Below, one piece after another: positions 40,560-51,941 of a DNA stretch of 64,000 nucleotides; the first letter of the stretch is position 1; each line of letters begins with the position of its first letter. The notes beneath the pieces are model-generated. The model did not search any database, was not told the DNA's origin, and saw only the letters and a program-made list of their open reading frames with translations. Both the position numbers and the translations under genes were made by a program. This DNA comes from Alphaproteobacteria bacterium (GTDB taxonomy: Bacteria > Pseudomonadota > Alphaproteobacteria > UBA8317): assembly GCA_038131935.1 (NCBI GenBank), contig JAYPQH010000032.1, positions 64,001 through 128,000 on the forward strand. Direction: 5' to 3'.

Positions 40560-41870
40560 ATGTCGAAACAAAAGAAAACACAAATTGTTGTTGTTGGTGG
40601 TGGCGCAGGTGGCTTGCCTTTAGTCAGGAAACTTGGGGCACATTACAATCAGGACGAATATGATATTATCCTGATTGATAAGTCTCGTAGCCATATTTGG
40701 AAACCACTCCTGCACGAGGTGGCAGCTGGATCACTCGACGCGAACTTAGATGAAATTGGTTATGGGGGTCATGGTGTTCGTTGGGGATATCGTTTCTTTT
40801 ATGGCTCTTTAAAAACAATTGACCGCGAGAACAAACGCGTAATCACAGCTGCCTATATTGATGAGAGTGGTAAGGAAATCATTTCTGAACATCAAATAAG
40901 GTATGACTATTTGGTGCTCGCTTATGGTGGCGTGTCAAACGATTTCGGCATAACTGGTGTTCGAGAGCATTGCATGTTTCTAGAAGATAGAAGCCAAGCC
41001 GAGATTTTCCGTCAAAAATTGCTAAACGAATGCCTCCGTGTATCTCACTTGGTGAGCCAAGGCGAAGATGCTTTTGTCGATATATGTATCATCGGTGGGG
41101 GGGCAACAGGCGTTGAATTGGCCGCGGAACTTTACAATGCTGCTCAAGGACTTCGATATTATGGCCTTGAAGTATTTGATGAGAGCAGATTGCGTGTAAG
41201 CTTACTAGAAGCTGGCCCTAGAATACTACCCGCACTTCCAGAGCACTTGGCTTTGGCGGCACATAAAGAATTAGAGCTTTTGGGGGTTGATGTCCGCGTC
41301 AACACAACAGTCAGTTCAGTTGACGCAAAACAGGTGCATACCCAAGACGGAATGAGCATCACCGCCGAGTTAAAATTGTGGGCGGCCGGTGTAAAAGGCA
41401 GGACAATCGAAGATGGTTTAGATGGGCTGTCTTTGAACAGAAACAATCAGATTGAAGTTCGGAATACGCTCCAAAGCGTCGATGACAACCATATTTTTGC
41501 AATGGGAGATTGCTGTGCATGCCCCCAGCAAGATGGTAGGCTCGTTCCCCCACGTGCGCAGAGCGCCAATCAGATGGCATCCACTGTTTTTCATAACATT
41601 TCATCAATGATTTCTGGAAAACCGCTTAAATCATTTGTCTATAGAGATAAAGGATCATTGGTTTCTTTAAGCCGTTTTTCAACCATAGGTAGTCTTATGG
41701 GAAACCTTGTTGGTGGAAGTATGGCCATTGATGGTCGCTTAGCACGTTTCGCCTACATGTCTTTATACCGCTTACACCTGATTACAGTGCACGGATGGAT
41801 AAAAGGACTCATATTGATTGCCATTGGTCACGCCAATCAGGTTATTAGGCCAAAACTTAAGCTTCATTAG
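40560..41870 (+). CDS. ndh: Type II NADH dehydrogenase
   Basis: 'GGGAGG', 'WKPLLHEVAAG', 'GGGATGVELAAE', 'PPRAQ', 'RPKLKLH'. Confidence 0.93.
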   Translation: MSKQKKTQIVVVGGGAGGLPLVRKLGAHYNQDEYDIILIDKSRSHIWKPLLHEVAAGSLDANLDEIGYGGHGVRWGYRFFYGSLKTIDRENKRVITAAYIDESGKEIISEHQIRYDYLVLAYGGVSNDFGITGVREHCMFLEDRSQAEIFRQKLLNECLRVSHLVSQGEDAFVDICIIGGGATGVELAAELYNAAQGLRYYGLEVFDESRLRVSLLEAGPRILPALPEHLALAAHKELELLGVDVRVNTTVSSVDAKQVHTQDGMSITAELKLWAAGVKGRTIEDGLDGLSLNRNNQIEVRNTLQSVDDNHIFAMGDCCACPQQDGRLVPPRAQSANQMASTVFHNISSMISGKPLKSFVYRDKGSLVSLSRFSTIGSLMGNLVGGSMAIDGRLARFAYMSLYRLHLITVHGWIKGLILIAIGHANQVIRPKLKLH

Positions 41871-41903
41871 AAAATATTTTACCCACGAAAGAGACGCGTT
41901 ACC

Positions 41904-42107
41904 ATGGAATTCGCATTGATTATGCTTTTGTATGTTTCCCCTCAGTCAACAGTACCTCTAGATACCGGACTTCGCTACGAAACCATTGAGCAATGCAAAA
42001 AGGTCCGTTCAGAACAAGATAATTTAGCTCAGATAAGAAATGATGCCTTTAGGTGTGTGCCTGTTGCCAAGAATCACTACATTTTTGGTCAGCCCGCATC
42101 TTCGTAA
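41904..42107 (+). CDS. Small exported protein with two Cys (67 aa)
   Basis: Hydrophobic N-terminus; 'YETIEQC...FRCVP' pattern. Confidence 0.6.
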   Translation: MEFALIMLLYVSPQSTVPLDTGLRYETIEQCKKVRSEQDNLAQIRNDAFRCVPVAKNHYIFGQPASS

Positions 42108-42150
42108 CCAACAAAATTTACTATTCATCACATGTTAAAAGGAAAATGGT

Positions 42151-42777
42151 ATGCCAGACTTAAAGATTCTTGGTCGTAAGAACTCTGTAAATGTTCAGAA
42201 GGTCATGTGGTGCCTCGATGAGTTGAATATCGCAGCAACACGCGAGGATTACGGCGGTGCTTTTGGAGGAAACCGAACAGAGGACTATCTATCCATGAAT
42301 CCCAACGGTAAGGTACCAACAATGATTGATGGTGACTTCGTACTATGGGAATCGCAAGCCATTGTGCGCTACCTTGCGGAAAATTATGCGTCCGCGCCTT
42401 TCTTCCCTAATGCATTGAATGAACGCTATTTATGTCATCAGTGGATGGATTTTTATATTGCAGAATTACACCCAGCAATGACAACAATTTTTTGGACATT
42501 GATACGTACAGCACCTGCAGATAGGGACAACATAGCCCTAGAAAAAGCAATAAACATAGCTAATCTCGCCTGGAAGATAGTGGACAAACATCTATCACAA
42601 TCAGAATATATGGTCGGTAACACATTCACCTTCGGGGATATTCCCCTAGGTTGTGCAGCCTATCGTTGGCACAATTTGGAGATTACACGTGACGACCTTC
42701 CACATTTAAAACGCTGGTATCAAGAGCTAACAAAGAGACCATCATTTCAAAAGCATGTCATGCTCCCACTTACCTGA
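42151..42777 (+). CDS. Glutathione S-transferase (GstB-like)
   Basis: 'GRKNSVNVQKVMW', 'NPNGKVP', 'LWESQAI.RYL'. Confidence 0.92.
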   Translation: MPDLKILGRKNSVNVQKVMWCLDELNIAATREDYGGAFGGNRTEDYLSMNPNGKVPTMIDGDFVLWESQAIVRYLAENYASAPFFPNALNERYLCHQWMDFYIAELHPAMTTIFWTLIRTAPADRDNIALEKAINIANLAWKIVDKHLSQSEYMVGNTFTFGDIPLGCAAYRWHNLEITRDDLPHLKRWYQELTKRPSFQKHVMLPLT

Positions 42778-42874
42778 ATGACGCGCTTTAGCTATCCGCA
42801 TAAACTATCTTAGACGCTCATCATTAAATATCGCCTGAATAAGATAGTGCCTGAATTAGATGTCGCATGAGACA

Positions 42875-42951
42875 TGGTCGGAGTGGCCGGATTTGAACCG
42901 ACGACCCCCACACCCCCAGTGTGGTGCGCTACCAGGCTGCGCTACACTCCG
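42875..42951 (-). tRNA. tRNA-Pro(GGG)
   Basis: CGGAGTGTAGCGCAGCCTGGTAGCGC-ACCACA-CTGGGGG-TGTGG...GGTTCAAATCC...CTCCGACCA; 77 nt, encoded CCA. Confidence 0.97.
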
Positions 42952-43003
42952 CCAAACTCATCTCCTAACTCATAATCACAGCACACGGCAAGACTCACAA
43001 TCA

Positions 43004-43414
43004 TTAAAACTTTGCTCTTAAGTCTCGAAGAATAACAAGGCTCTCTTTAAGCGAGACAAGGTCCAATGTCTTGCTCATGGGAGTGTTATCAGCCGATAAG
43101 GCGTCATCATTTTCTTCCTGTTTTTGCGTCTGAGAAAGATTGGGAGCTATCTGAATAGTTTTTGCTTTCTGAACACCATGCTCCCGCAAAACCTTTTGCG
43201 CCATTTTCAGTGTGAAGCCACGTTCATCTAATAAAAATTGTATTGTCCTAATAATTTCCAAATCTTCTGAACGATAATAGCGACGTCCTCCAGCACGCTT
43301 CATCGGCCGTAATTGGCCAAATTTTGTTTCCCAAAAGCGTAAAGTATGCTGGGTGACACCAACTTCTTCTGCTACTTGGGAAATCGTCTGAAATCCACCT
43401 GCACTTTTTTCCAC
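43004..43414 (-). CDS. MerR-family HTH regulator (conserved ihfA-tRNA-Pro neighbour)
   Basis: 'TISQVA', 'LRFWETKF.QL.PMKRAGGRRYY'. Confidence 0.9.
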   Translation of the reverse strand: MEKSAGGFQTISQVAEEVGVTQHTLRFWETKFGQLRPMKRAGGRRYYRSEDLEIIRTIQFLLDERGFTLKMAQKVLREHGVQKAKTIQIAPNLSQTQKQEENDDALSADNTPMSKTLDLVSLKESLVILRDLRAKF

Positions 43415-43422
43415 GAAAAAAC

Positions 43423-43719
43423 CTATCCGCCAGTTTTCTGTTCAACCAATTTTTTTAAATGCTGCGAAGCTCTAAACGTTATCACCCTCCTTGGCGTGAT
43501 GGGAACCTCATCGCCTGTCTTAGGGTTTCGTCCGATACGCTCATTCTTATCACGCAAATAGAAACTTCCAAATTTTGCTATTTTTACTGTCTCACCATTT
43601 TCCATGGCGTTCAAAATTTCATCAATGATCAAATCCACAAACTGGGCACATTCATCACGAGAAAGTCCAAGTTCTAGATGTATAGCATTTGATATGTCGG
43701 CACGGGTAAGCGCAGTCAT
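43423..43719 (-). CDS. ihfA: Integration host factor alpha subunit
   Basis: 'LTRADI', 'FGSF', 'RIGRNPKTG.EVPITPRRV.TFRAS'. Confidence 0.95.
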   Translation of the reverse strand: MTALTRADISNAIHLELGLSRDECAQFVDLIIDEILNAMENGETVKIAKFGSFYLRDKNERIGRNPKTGDEVPITPRRVITFRASQHLKKLVEQKTGG

Positions 43720-43800
43720 GTGGTCCTCGGATTATCTGTTGTGTATCACAAAAAAAATTGTCCCACGTACAGACAAAATTTGCAAATAGTACTTTGGATG

Positions 43801-44760
43801 CTATGTGCGCAAAATGGCGGCACCCCAGGTTAATCCTCCACCCATTGCCTCTAATAGTAACGTTTGATTAGGAAGAATGCGGCCATCTTTCCGCGCTTTA
43901 TCTAACGCCAAGGGTACTGAAGCGGCTGATGTATTCCCATGCTCTCCTATGGTCACAATAACTTTATCAAAGTCAATTTGCAGCTTCCGTGCAGTAGACA
44001 AAAGAATTCGCTTGTTCGCCTGATGGGGAACAATCCAATCGATATCGGAAGCAACCAAGCCTGCTTTTTCCATCACTTCTTGAAGAACATTTGAAAGCTC
44101 GGTAACAGCATGCTTGTAAACTTCTTGTCCCACCATACGCAAATGCCCAACGGTTTTGGTACGTGACGGGCCTCCATCAACATACAAAAGGTCATGATGT
44201 CGCCCATCCGCGTGCAATGCAGTGGCAAGAATTCCACAATCTTCATCGGTTGACGCATCAAGTATAACGGCACCAGCACCATCACCAAAAAGAACGCAGG
44301 TTGTGCGATCCTCAAAATCAAGAATTTTTGAAAATGTCTCAGCACCAATCACCATAGCTCTTCGCGCTGACCCTGAACGTATCATGCTATCTGCCACCGA
44401 TAATGCATAAATAAACCCAGAGCAAACGGCCTGAATGTCAAATGCTGGCACGCCATGGCAGCCCAATGCAGCTTGTACCTTTGCAGCAACAGCAGGAAAG
44501 GTAAAATCGGGTGTTGCGGTCGCAACGATAACCAAATCTATGCTTGTTGGATCAATGTTTGCGTCTTTAACAGCGTCAAAAGCCGCAGCACATGCGAGGT
44601 CAGAAGTAAATTCGCCATCCGCAACCCTATGACGCTGTTTGATACCCGTTCTCTCTTGAATCCAAGCATCAGTTGTCTCAACGATTGATGCCAATTCTTC
44701 ATTTGTCACAATTCTTTTAGGCAAATATGAGCCCGTGCCACATAATACAGAGCGAACCAT
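43801..44760 (-). CDS. fabH: Beta-ketoacyl-ACP synthase III
   Basis: 'AVCSGF', 'LFGDGAGA', 'PHQAN', 'GNTSAAS'. Confidence 0.96.
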   Translation of the reverse strand: MVRSVLCGTGSYLPKRIVTNEELASIVETTDAWIQERTGIKQRHRVADGEFTSDLACAAAFDAVKDANIDPTSIDLVIVATATPDFTFPAVAAKVQAALGCHGVPAFDIQAVCSGFIYALSVADSMIRSGSARRAMVIGAETFSKILDFEDRTTCVLFGDGAGAVILDASTDEDCGILATALHADGRHHDLLYVDGGPSRTKTVGHLRMVGQEVYKHAVTELSNVLQEVMEKAGLVASDIDWIVPHQANKRILLSTARKLQIDFDKVIVTIGEHGNTSAASVPLALDKARKDGRILPNQTLLLEAMGGGLTWGAAILRT

Positions 44761-45806
44761 TATGTTTTCAACCGTTCTTGAGTGTTTGCAGCTTGCTGAG
44801 ACAGCCCAATAACTTGTTTGGCCAATTTGTTCACGATGTCACCTCTAGATAGGTCAATAGCAAGATCAAGGGCCGATGCGAATCCGAGTGCATCACTGCC
44901 ACCATGGCTCTTCACCACCAACCCATTAAGCCCCAATAAAGGACCACCGTTAACCCGACGAGGGTCGACCCTGTTCCGAAAAGCACGCAAGGACCCTCGC
45001 GCAAAAAAATAGCCCAATTTTCCACCCCATGAACTGGACAACGCTGCGCGCAAATATGCGCCAACCTGTTGCGCTGTTCCCTCCGCAGATTTCAATGCAA
45101 TGTTGCCAGTAAATCCATCTGTGACGACTACGTCAACAATTCCTTTACCGATATCATTACCTTCAACGAAACCATGATAGTGGAAGTTATCTCCTGCACA
45201 ATCAATAAGTAAGGATTGTGCATCACGTAATTCGTCACGCCCTTTGAGATCTTCTGACCCGATATTCAACAAACCTACCGTTGGTTTCATGATACCAAGC
45301 CCCAAGCGAGCAAACTCTACACCCATGAGTGTGAATTGGGTAAGCTGAGATGCGGTTGCGTCAATGTTTGCACCAACATCCAGCACAACGCTTTCAGCAC
45401 GCAAGGTTGGCCAAATAGCCGCAATCGCTGGCCTATCAAAGCCATCAATCATTCTCAATTGTAGTTTCGCCATAGCCATCATCGCACCAGTGTTTCCACC
45501 AGAGACAACACCCATGGCCCTCCCCTCTTTTACTTCTTCGATGGCGCGCCATAGGGAGGTCTGTTTGCCATGTCTCAAAGCGTGAGAAGGCTTGTCTTCC
45601 ATACCAACTTTGTCTGGAGCATCAACAAAAGATACAACGCTAACCAACTCTGCATCGGAGCCCAAAGCATCTTGCATTTGGTCAACCGGCCCAACGAGAA
45701 TGAACCTTATATCGCGGTTACGTTGTTTACTAAGACGCATTCCCTCAACAACCGCATCTGGCGCAAGGTCTCCGCCCAGGCCATCAACCGCAATCACGAT
45801 GCTCAT
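44760..45806 (-). CDS. plsX: Phosphate acyltransferase
   Basis: 'GGDLAP', 'SGGNTGA', 'RPAIA', '[10 protein letters not shown]', 'KSHG'. Confidence 0.96.
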   Translation of the reverse strand: MSIVIAVDGLGGDLAPDAVVEGMRLSKQRNRDIRFILVGPVDQMQDALGSDAELVSVVSFVDAPDKVGMEDKPSHALRHGKQTSLWRAIEEVKEGRAMGVVSGGNTGAMMAMAKLQLRMIDGFDRPAIAAIWPTLRAESVVLDVGANIDATASQLTQFTLMGVEFARLGLGIMKPTVGLLNIGSEDLKGRDELRDAQSLLIDCAGDNFHYHGFVEGNDIGKGIVDVVVTDGFTGNIALKSAEGTAQQVGAYLRAALSSSWGGKLGYFFARGSLRAFRNRVDPRRVNGGPLLGLNGLVVKSHGGSDALGFASALDLAIDLSRGDIVNKLAKQVIGLSQQAANTQERLKT

Positions 45807-45823
45807 GATGACCTCATTAATTG

Positions 45824-46009
45824 CTATACGGACGGTTCAACGTTAACAGTTTCACGCTCACGATAAAAGCCGCAAGAATTACAAATATGGTGCGGTAACT
45901 TCAATTCGCCACAATTAGGACATTCATTTGGATTAGCCGCAACAATACCATCATGAGCACGACGGTTGTTTCGTTTTGCGCGGGTCACTTTCTTTCTAGG
46001 TACAGCCAT
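45824..46009 (-). CDS. rpmF: 50S ribosomal protein L32
   Basis: 'MAVPRKK', 'CPNCG...[11 protein letters not shown]'. Confidence 0.96.
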   Translation of the reverse strand: MAVPRKKVTRAKRNNRRAHDGIVAANPNECPNCGELKLPHHICNSCGFYRERETVNVEPSV

Positions 46010-46110
46010 AATCAAACTCCACAGGCTCTTAAGTTCATGCCTGGTCTATTACACAACAAGCGCCGGACAATAACGATTTGTGTCAATTTAGCAAGCCCAA
46101 ACAAACATTT

Positions 46111-46641
46111 CTAATCATCTGGAAATAATTTTTCTTTCAACGATGCAAATGGCGATGGCTTTTTGTCTATCTCCTCGGAAATAACGGCCTTAAAACTCGC
46201 CTGAGGCTTCTTAGGAAATGCAGGAATTGCCACAGCGAGTATCTCGTGTACGAATACCAACAAGTCTAGTCCTTCTTCCGTTAGCAATTCTGGAAGATCA
46301 CCTTTATACTGATCTAGAATAATATCACCATCATGTTCTGGCAGAGATGGCATGAGTGATTCTGGCAAAAATTCTGCATCTAACACTTCATCAACAACAA
46401 AAGTGAATGGCTCTAACGTTATTCCACATTCCAATTCCACCTGCGCGGTTAACCGTCCCTTAAGATGAAGTCCCATCATCATTTTTACGGGCGTTAAGAT
46501 TACATCCAATGCCACATTTTTTAGATCAAGAACATTAAGATCACGACACCATTGCTCACATATTTGTTGATCAATTGATAAGCTAAATGGTGTCTCGCCT
46601 TTCAAATCTTCTGGTTTGATCAAAGGTTCATTCAAATTCAT
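46111..46641 (-). CDS. YceD/DUF177 family protein
   Basis: 'CGITLEP', 'LAVAIPAFPKK', 'SPFASLK'; directly upstream of rpmF. Confidence 0.8.
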   Translation of the reverse strand: MNLNEPLIKPEDLKGETPFSLSIDQQICEQWCRDLNVLDLKNVALDVILTPVKMMMGLHLKGRLTAQVELECGITLEPFTFVVDEVLDAEFLPESLMPSLPEHDGDIILDQYKGDLPELLTEEGLDLLVFVHEILAVAIPAFPKKPQASFKAVISEEIDKKPSPFASLKEKLFPDD

Positions 46642-46669
46642 CGCAATCCCCATCTCCCATCTAGATAGG

Positions 46670-47208
46670 TTACACAACTTCCGGAAATTCACGCGTATCA
46701 CCAGGAAAGACAAATCCCACATCAAAAGATCTTTAGGCAATTGCTGTAATTTTACTGAAATTCCTTTCGCATAGATTATCATATTATGTAGCGATTGATC
46801 CGGTAACCCCTCCTGTTCACGGAAAAGATTTTTCTGCAATGCTTCTTTCCAAGGATCGTCTTCACCAAGCTCCGCAGCTTGTTTGTAAGAGCGAGCGCGT
46901 CCCCAAAATGCTTCAGCCATGCCCCTAACTTTTTTGCCAACGACAAGATCACCTACCCCAAACTCTCGTAATGAGCGATCAAAGTCTTTATACATAACCT
47001 CAACAATATCATGACCGAGGGATTCAAGATTGTGCCTTTCTAAGGCCACCAAAATTAACGAAACATGCAAGGCCACAAGCTCAAAACGGCCTGCGATTTC
47101 GTCCGGTACGCCGGCGTGCGTGTAGAACCAGGGATCACGTGCGCGCTCAACTGCAGCAAAATACACATCCTCATGAGGCCTTTCTTTTGAGAACCAACCC
47201 AATACCAT
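46670..47208 (-). CDS. Ubiquinol-cytochrome c chaperone (Cbp3/UQCC1-like); apparent fusion to YceD via a 1-nt indel
   Basis: 'AR.PWFY...GVPD..GRFELV.LH', 'DRSLREFGVGDL.VGKK'; +1 nt near 46725 ends the gene at TAA 46670. Confidence 0.8.
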
Positions 47209-47326
47209 TGTCAATTTCACCTTTGCTGTAAGCCTATTATTGTGCAAATCATTCACGACGTTATATGTACTGATATGTAATAATGTCATGAGCCAAACGC
47301 TTTTATTTATGGTTAAGGAAAAAAAA

Positions 47327-47773
47327 TTGCATCGTAGATATATTGCCTCTCTTTTTCTCATCTTGATGCTTATACCCGTTACAGGATGTACAGTGAAAGA
47401 GAGCTATCATGGCGCAGCCATCATGATTGAAGAAAATCTTGCAGCTATACGTGTTGGTTCTGATAACAAGGCTACAGTTAATGCAAAGCTTGGAAGCCCA
47501 ACAAATTTAGCACCATTAGATCAGAACCGCTGGTTATATGTGGCACAAAAAATGCGCACAAAAAGCTTCACCTACCCCAAACCAGAAGACATGAAAGTCA
47601 TCGAGATTTTATTTGATTCAAATGGCGTGGTACAGGGTGTGAACAGGCTAAATATTGATGATTATGTGCGTATCAAACCAAATGAAAACATCACCAAAAC
47701 CTACGGTCGATCAGAAAGTATCCTCAGTGAGCTTTTTGGCAACATTGGTCGCTTCAGCCCAGGTATGGAATAA
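47327..47773 (+). CDS. bamE: Outer membrane assembly lipoprotein BamE
   Basis: Lipobox-like 'VTGC', 'KLGSPT', 'WLYV', 'FDSNG.V', 'LFGNIGR'; start uncertain. Confidence 0.88.
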   Translation: MHRRYIASLFLILMLIPVTGCTVKESYHGAAIMIEENLAAIRVGSDNKATVNAKLGSPTNLAPLDQNRWLYVAQKMRTKSFTYPKPEDMKVIEILFDSNGVVQGVNRLNIDDYVRIKPNENITKTYGRSESILSELFGNIGRFSPGME

Positions 47774-47776
47774 TAT

Positions 47777-48236
47777 CTATGCCCCCAAACCATGGTGACG
47801 GACCAAACCATCTAATACACCATTTACAAACTTTGGTTGCTCCTCACCATCAAAAAAATCTTTGGCAATTTCAATATATTCGTCCAAAACAACCTTAACT
47901 GGCACATCACTCACCAACAAAAGCTCAAAAAGTTGCAACCCTCAACAATGCACGCAAAGTCGCATCAATCCTATTTAATGGCCAATCTTTAGGCAGCATG
48001 ACTTTGAGGGCCGCGTCAATCTTCTTTTGTTCCTGTGCCACACCAGATACCAACTTCTCAAAATATCCTTGATCCTCATCCACCAAATTGTTGACATCTT
48101 CCCCATCACCAAAATGGCCAAAAGCAAGCATTTCTTTAATGGTAGAAAAGGATAACTGCCCAACATCCATAGCATACAAAGCTTGTACAGCCATAAAACG
48201 TGCCAGCGATCGGCCCAGATATTGTGGTTCATTCAT
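47777..48236 (-). CDS. nusB: Transcription antitermination factor NusB (extra T near 47930)
   Basis: '[10 protein letters not shown]', '[15 protein letters not shown]'; shifted frame gives '[31 protein letters not shown]' to TAG 47777. Confidence 0.92.
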
Positions 48237-48287
48237 GATGATACGCCACGGGATATGATCCCGTCCTCCGAGACAGTGACGTATTAA

Positions 48288-48695
48288 TCACGATAGATCC
48301 GCAAGTATGATGGCAGCATCCACGGCATGAGCTGCTTTGTTGCCCTGACGTATATCAGCGCGTTCTAGTGCCTGCGCCTCATCCTCAGTTGTAAGGATAC
48401 CATTGCCGATAGCCAATTTGTTGTTTGTTGTAAGATCCAAGATGCCCCGTGCGCTCTCAGAAGCTACAATGTCAAAGTGAATAGTCTCACCACGAATTAC
48501 ACAACCTAATGCAACAAAAGCATCATATTTATGAGCTAGTCGCGCGATCGCACCAGGAATTTCAAGTGCCCCTGGAACCGTCACAACATCATAAGAGGCC
48601 CCACGGTCAGCACAACGGGTTTTTGCTCCTTCTAGGAGCATATCAGCGATATGATCATAATACCGTGCTTCAACAATACAAATACGCATCGTCAT
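48288..48695 (-). CDS. ribH: 6,7-dimethyl-8-ribityllumazine synthase
   Basis: 'VPGALEIP', '[11 protein letters not shown]', 'NGILT'. Confidence 0.95.
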   Translation of the reverse strand: MTMRICIVEARYYDHIADMLLEGAKTRCADRGASYDVVTVPGALEIPGAIARLAHKYDAFVALGCVIRGETIHFDIVASESARGILDLTTNNKLAIGNGILTTEDEAQALERADIRQGNKAAHAVDAAIILADLS

Positions 48696-48720
48696 ATTTT
48701 CGTTCCTTATTTTCAGCATT

Positions 48721-49812
48721 TTAGCGCAAGGGTCGGGTTCCACAAATTTTAAGTCCGTAACCTTCCAAAGCTACAAGTGAGGGTTGAGGCGAGTTGGAAA
48801 TCAATTCTATATTTCTGGCTCCAAGCTCATAAAGAATGCGTGCTCCTATTCCATACTCTCGCAACATCTGTCCAGCAGAGGTATTCTCGTCGAAGCCTTG
48901 TGTAATTTGGCTCCGCTCAGGATCATGGAGAAGTACAATGATGCCCTCATCCCATTGATGAAGACGCTTCATGGCATCGCGCAAAGCATAATGCCGGTTC
49001 TCAGCATGGAGCATCCCAATTAAATCATGCAGAAGATTAACTGCGTGGACACGTACAGGAACAGTTTTGGTTGGATCTACATTCCCCTTAACAATGGCTG
49101 CATGCTCTCGGCCATCAATACGATCCCGAAATAAAATCAAGCGCACAACGCCTGCATGTAAACTATCCAATGTGGTATCTGAAATAACTTCAAGGAGATC
49201 ATCATGTCGGCGTCGGTATGCAATCAAATCAGCAATGGTGCCAATTTTAATGGAATGCTCTTCTGAAAACTTCAACAATTCAGGCATTCTTGCCATCGTT
49301 CCATCATCATTCATGATCTCACAGATAACACCAGCTGGGTATAAACCCGCCAAACGAGCCATGTCACAAGCAGCCTCGGTATGCCCAGAGCGAACAAGTA
49401 CACCACCTTCCCTCGCAACGAGGGGAAAGACGTGACCAGGCGACACAATATCTGAAGCCGTTTTATTGAGATTGATGGCTGTCGCAATTGTATGGGCACG
49501 ATCATGCGCAGATATACCGGTAGAAATCCCCTCGCGCGCTTCGATAGATACAGTGAAGTTTGTTTGATGGCGGGACTGGTTTCGGTGGCTCATCAGGGGG
49601 AGCTGAAGCTGTTCTGCTCGCTGCTTTGGTAATGTCAAACATATCAACCCTCGGCCATATTTTGCCATAAAATTGATCATATTAGGCGTAGCCATCTGTG
49701 CTGCACACACCAAATCACCCTCATTTTCGCGATCTTCCGCATCCATGAGAATAACCATCCGACCATTTCGAAGCTCTTCGATTAGTTCGGCTGTTTCGGA
49801 TATTTTGCTCAT
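48721..49812 (-). CDS. ribB: DHBP synthase with a degenerate GTP cyclohydrolase II-like C-domain (RibBX type)
   Basis: 'DRENEGD', 'TGISA.DRA', 'RSGHTEA', 'CEIMNDDG'; the C-domain 'VRVHAVN' lacks the Zn-binding Cys. Confidence 0.93.
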   Translation of the reverse strand: MSKISETAELIEELRNGRMVILMDAEDRENEGDLVCAAQMATPNMINFMAKYGRGLICLTLPKQRAEQLQLPLMSHRNQSRHQTNFTVSIEAREGISTGISAHDRAHTIATAINLNKTASDIVSPGHVFPLVAREGGVLVRSGHTEAACDMARLAGLYPAGVICEIMNDDGTMARMPELLKFSEEHSIKIGTIADLIAYRRRHDDLLEVISDTTLDSLHAGVVRLILFRDRIDGREHAAIVKGNVDPTKTVPVRVHAVNLLHDLIGMLHAENRHYALRDAMKRLHQWDEGIIVLLHDPERSQITQGFDENTSAGQMLREYGIGARILYELGARNIELISNSPQPSLVALEGYGLKICGTRPLR

Positions 49813-50420
49813 GAGAGTTTTCCTTGTACTTGGAGCATTCGTGCAAGATAACGAGCCAACATGTCCACCTCAAAGTTCACCATATGCCCAACCTCAAGGC
49901 TTTTCAAATTGGTGACAGCCCAAGTATGTGGAATGATGTTAACAGAAAACCTTGTGTCATCTACATCATTAATGGTCAAAGACACCCCATTTAATGCTAT
50001 TGAACCCTTTGCAGCCACAAACCCTTTCCAATTATCAGGGACTTCAAAAATCAAAACATGATTGTCGCCCAGCCTTTCACACGACACAAGCTTTGCTTGA
50101 CCATCAACATGGCCACTAACAATATGCCCCCCCAATTCTTCGCCCAACCTAAGTGAGGGCTCCAAATTGATTTCCTCACCAAGCCTCCATGAAGATGCGC
50201 CTGTGACCCTCAAAGTTTCTTGGGAGAGATCCGCAGAAAACTGCCAATGGCTATCTGTTTTCTGTATGTTAAGCACTGTTAAGCAACATCCATTACAGGC
50301 CATAGATGCACCTTCTTTCGCGTCCCATTCAAAATATGGCGTTTCAAAACGCATGCGTTTTTCATCATCGCCTTTTACATCAATCAGACGCCCAAGACCT
50401 TTGATCAAACCTGTAAACAT
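49809..50420 (-). CDS. ribE: Riboflavin synthase (alpha chain)
   Basis: 'MFTGLI', 'GCCLT', 'GGHIVSGHVD', 'GVSLT', 'IPHT'. Confidence 0.95.
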   Translation of the reverse strand: MFTGLIKGLGRLIDVKGDDEKRMRFETPYFEWDAKEGASMACNGCCLTVLNIQKTDSHWQFSADLSQETLRVTGASSWRLGEEINLEPSLRLGEELGGHIVSGHVDGQAKLVSCERLGDNHVLIFEVPDNWKGFVAAKGSIALNGVSLTINDVDDTRFSVNIIPHTWAVTNLKSLEVGHMVNFEVDMLARYLARMLQVQGKLS

Positions 50421-50423
50421 AAA

Positions 50424-51488
50424 TTATCCCCTCGAGAGTGACGTAGCATCTGCGTTGTGATCAAAAATATATCGGCATAACATATCGCGTCCAACTTCTC
50501 TTTGTTCAACCAACGACATACCATCAAGCATCTGTAGTTGCCTTAATCCTAACGGCCCTATACCAGGCTGACATTCTGACCCTAAAATCAATGGTGATTG
50601 ATAGATAAACAACTCATCAACAAGTTGATGGCGTAACAATGATGCAGCCAATGCCCCCCCTGATTCAACAAGCAAGTTGTTGATGCCCCTTTTGGCCAAC
50701 ATGTTCAGAGAAGATTTCAGGTTAGGATATCCTTCCTCATCAGATGGAACCGTTATATCCGCATCAGACCCCGCTCCAATACTCATTGCATTATCAGGCA
50801 TGTAACCATGTGAATGACGTCCTTGAAGAACAAAAATCTTTGGTTGAAGCATGTGACCACCAAGCCTACATGTTAGTGATGGCTTGTCTCTATCTGCTGT
50901 TATTGCACCAACCATGATTGCGTCTGCTTCATAACGCAAAATATGGCTATGGACCCTCGCCTCTTCCCCCGTTATCCATTGAGAATGGCCGTTGGGCAAT
51001 GCCGTTCGCCCATCTTTCGACATGGCAACCTTAAGCCTTACATACGGACGCTGCGCTTGAATTCGTGTAAGAAATCCAGCCATATGGTATCTAGCATCTT
51101 TTTCCTCAACTCCAGTCACAACAGTTATTCCTGCGTGTTCTAGTGCCGCAATACCCTTCCCCGCTGTACGTGAATCTGGATCAATCAGCCCTACAACAAC
51201 GAGGCTTGGTTTTCTTTGGATTAAGAATTGAGCACAAGATCCCGTAACCCCCTCATGAGCACAGGGTTCAAGCGTCACCGCAATAACGTCACCAGCTTGC
51301 ACGTCGACGAGTTGAGCTTCAGCATGCGGGCGTCCACCTTGCGCAGTCGCGCAAACCTGCCGCAAACTATTGTCGCGCCAATGAGCCACCCCAACATTTG
51401 GGTTGGACCCGGTTTGACCACGCGCTTGTGCTGATGCACGAAGCGCAGGTCGCATCCATCTTATGGCGTCGGCATTATTCTTGGTCAT
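50424..51488 (-). CDS. ribD: Riboflavin deaminase/reductase
   Basis: 'NPNVG', 'HAE', 'TLEPC.H.....C', 'SQWITG', 'ESGG'. Confidence 0.93.
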   Translation of the reverse strand: MTKNNADAIRWMRPALRASAQARGQTGSNPNVGVAHWRDNSLRQVCATAQGGRPHAEAQLVDVQAGDVIAVTLEPCAHEGVTGSCAQFLIQRKPSLVVVGLIDPDSRTAGKGIAALEHAGITVVTGVEEKDARYHMAGFLTRIQAQRPYVRLKVAMSKDGRTALPNGHSQWITGEEARVHSHILRYEADAIMVGAITADRDKPSLTCRLGGHMLQPKIFVLQGRHSHGYMPDNAMSIGAGSDADITVPSDEEGYPNLKSSLNMLAKRGINNLLVESGGALAASLLRHQLVDELFIYQSPLILGSECQPGIGPLGLRQLQMLDGMSLVEQREVGRDMLCRYIFDHNADATSLSRG

Positions 51489-51939
51489 GCTTTTCCGGCA
51501 AACCACCTACGAATTCCTCAAAATCACGCGCCTCTCGGAAATTTTTGTACACAGACGCATACCGAACATAAGCCACGTCATCGACGGTCGCCAAAGCTTC
51601 CATAACCATTTCACCGATAAGCTGTGAGGGAACTTCTGTTTCACCCATTGACTCTAGTTGGCGAACTATCCCTGATACAAGTCGTTCCATGCGCTCTGGA
51701 GATACCTCCCTTTTGCGCAAGGCAATCGATACCGACCGATACAATTTATCGCGTTCAAATGGAACTTTCTTTCCAGTTTTCTTTAACACAATCAATTCAC
51801 GCAACTGCACCCGCTCAAATGTTGTGAAACGGGCACCACAACCGGAACAATTACGCCTTCGCCTAATCGCAGCATTGTCCTCTGTGGGACGGGAGTCTTT
51901 TACTTGTGTTTCATCATTTCCACAAAATGGGCAACGCAT
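51475..51939 (-). CDS. nrdR: Transcriptional repressor NrdR
   Basis: 'MRCPFCG', '[16 protein letters not shown]', 'AYVRYASVY'. Confidence 0.97.
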   Translation of the reverse strand: MRCPFCGNDETQVKDSRPTEDNAAIRRRRNCSGCGARFTTFERVQLRELIVLKKTGKKVPFERDKLYRSVSIALRKREVSPERMERLVSGIVRQLESMGETEVPSQLIGEMVMEALATVDDVAYVRYASVYKNFREARDFEEFVGGLPEKHDQE

Positions 51940-51941
51940 CT

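Noticed and set aside
46111-47361. Apparent 416-aa Cbp3-like/YceD fusion protein
   Set aside because: One added base near 46725 gives a normal stop at 46670, YceD has its own ATG at 46641, and the window is full of such indels
48248-48264. Hairpin ACGGGAT-ATG-ATCCCGT between ribH and nusB
   Set aside because: Short, with no U-tract; not enough support for a function
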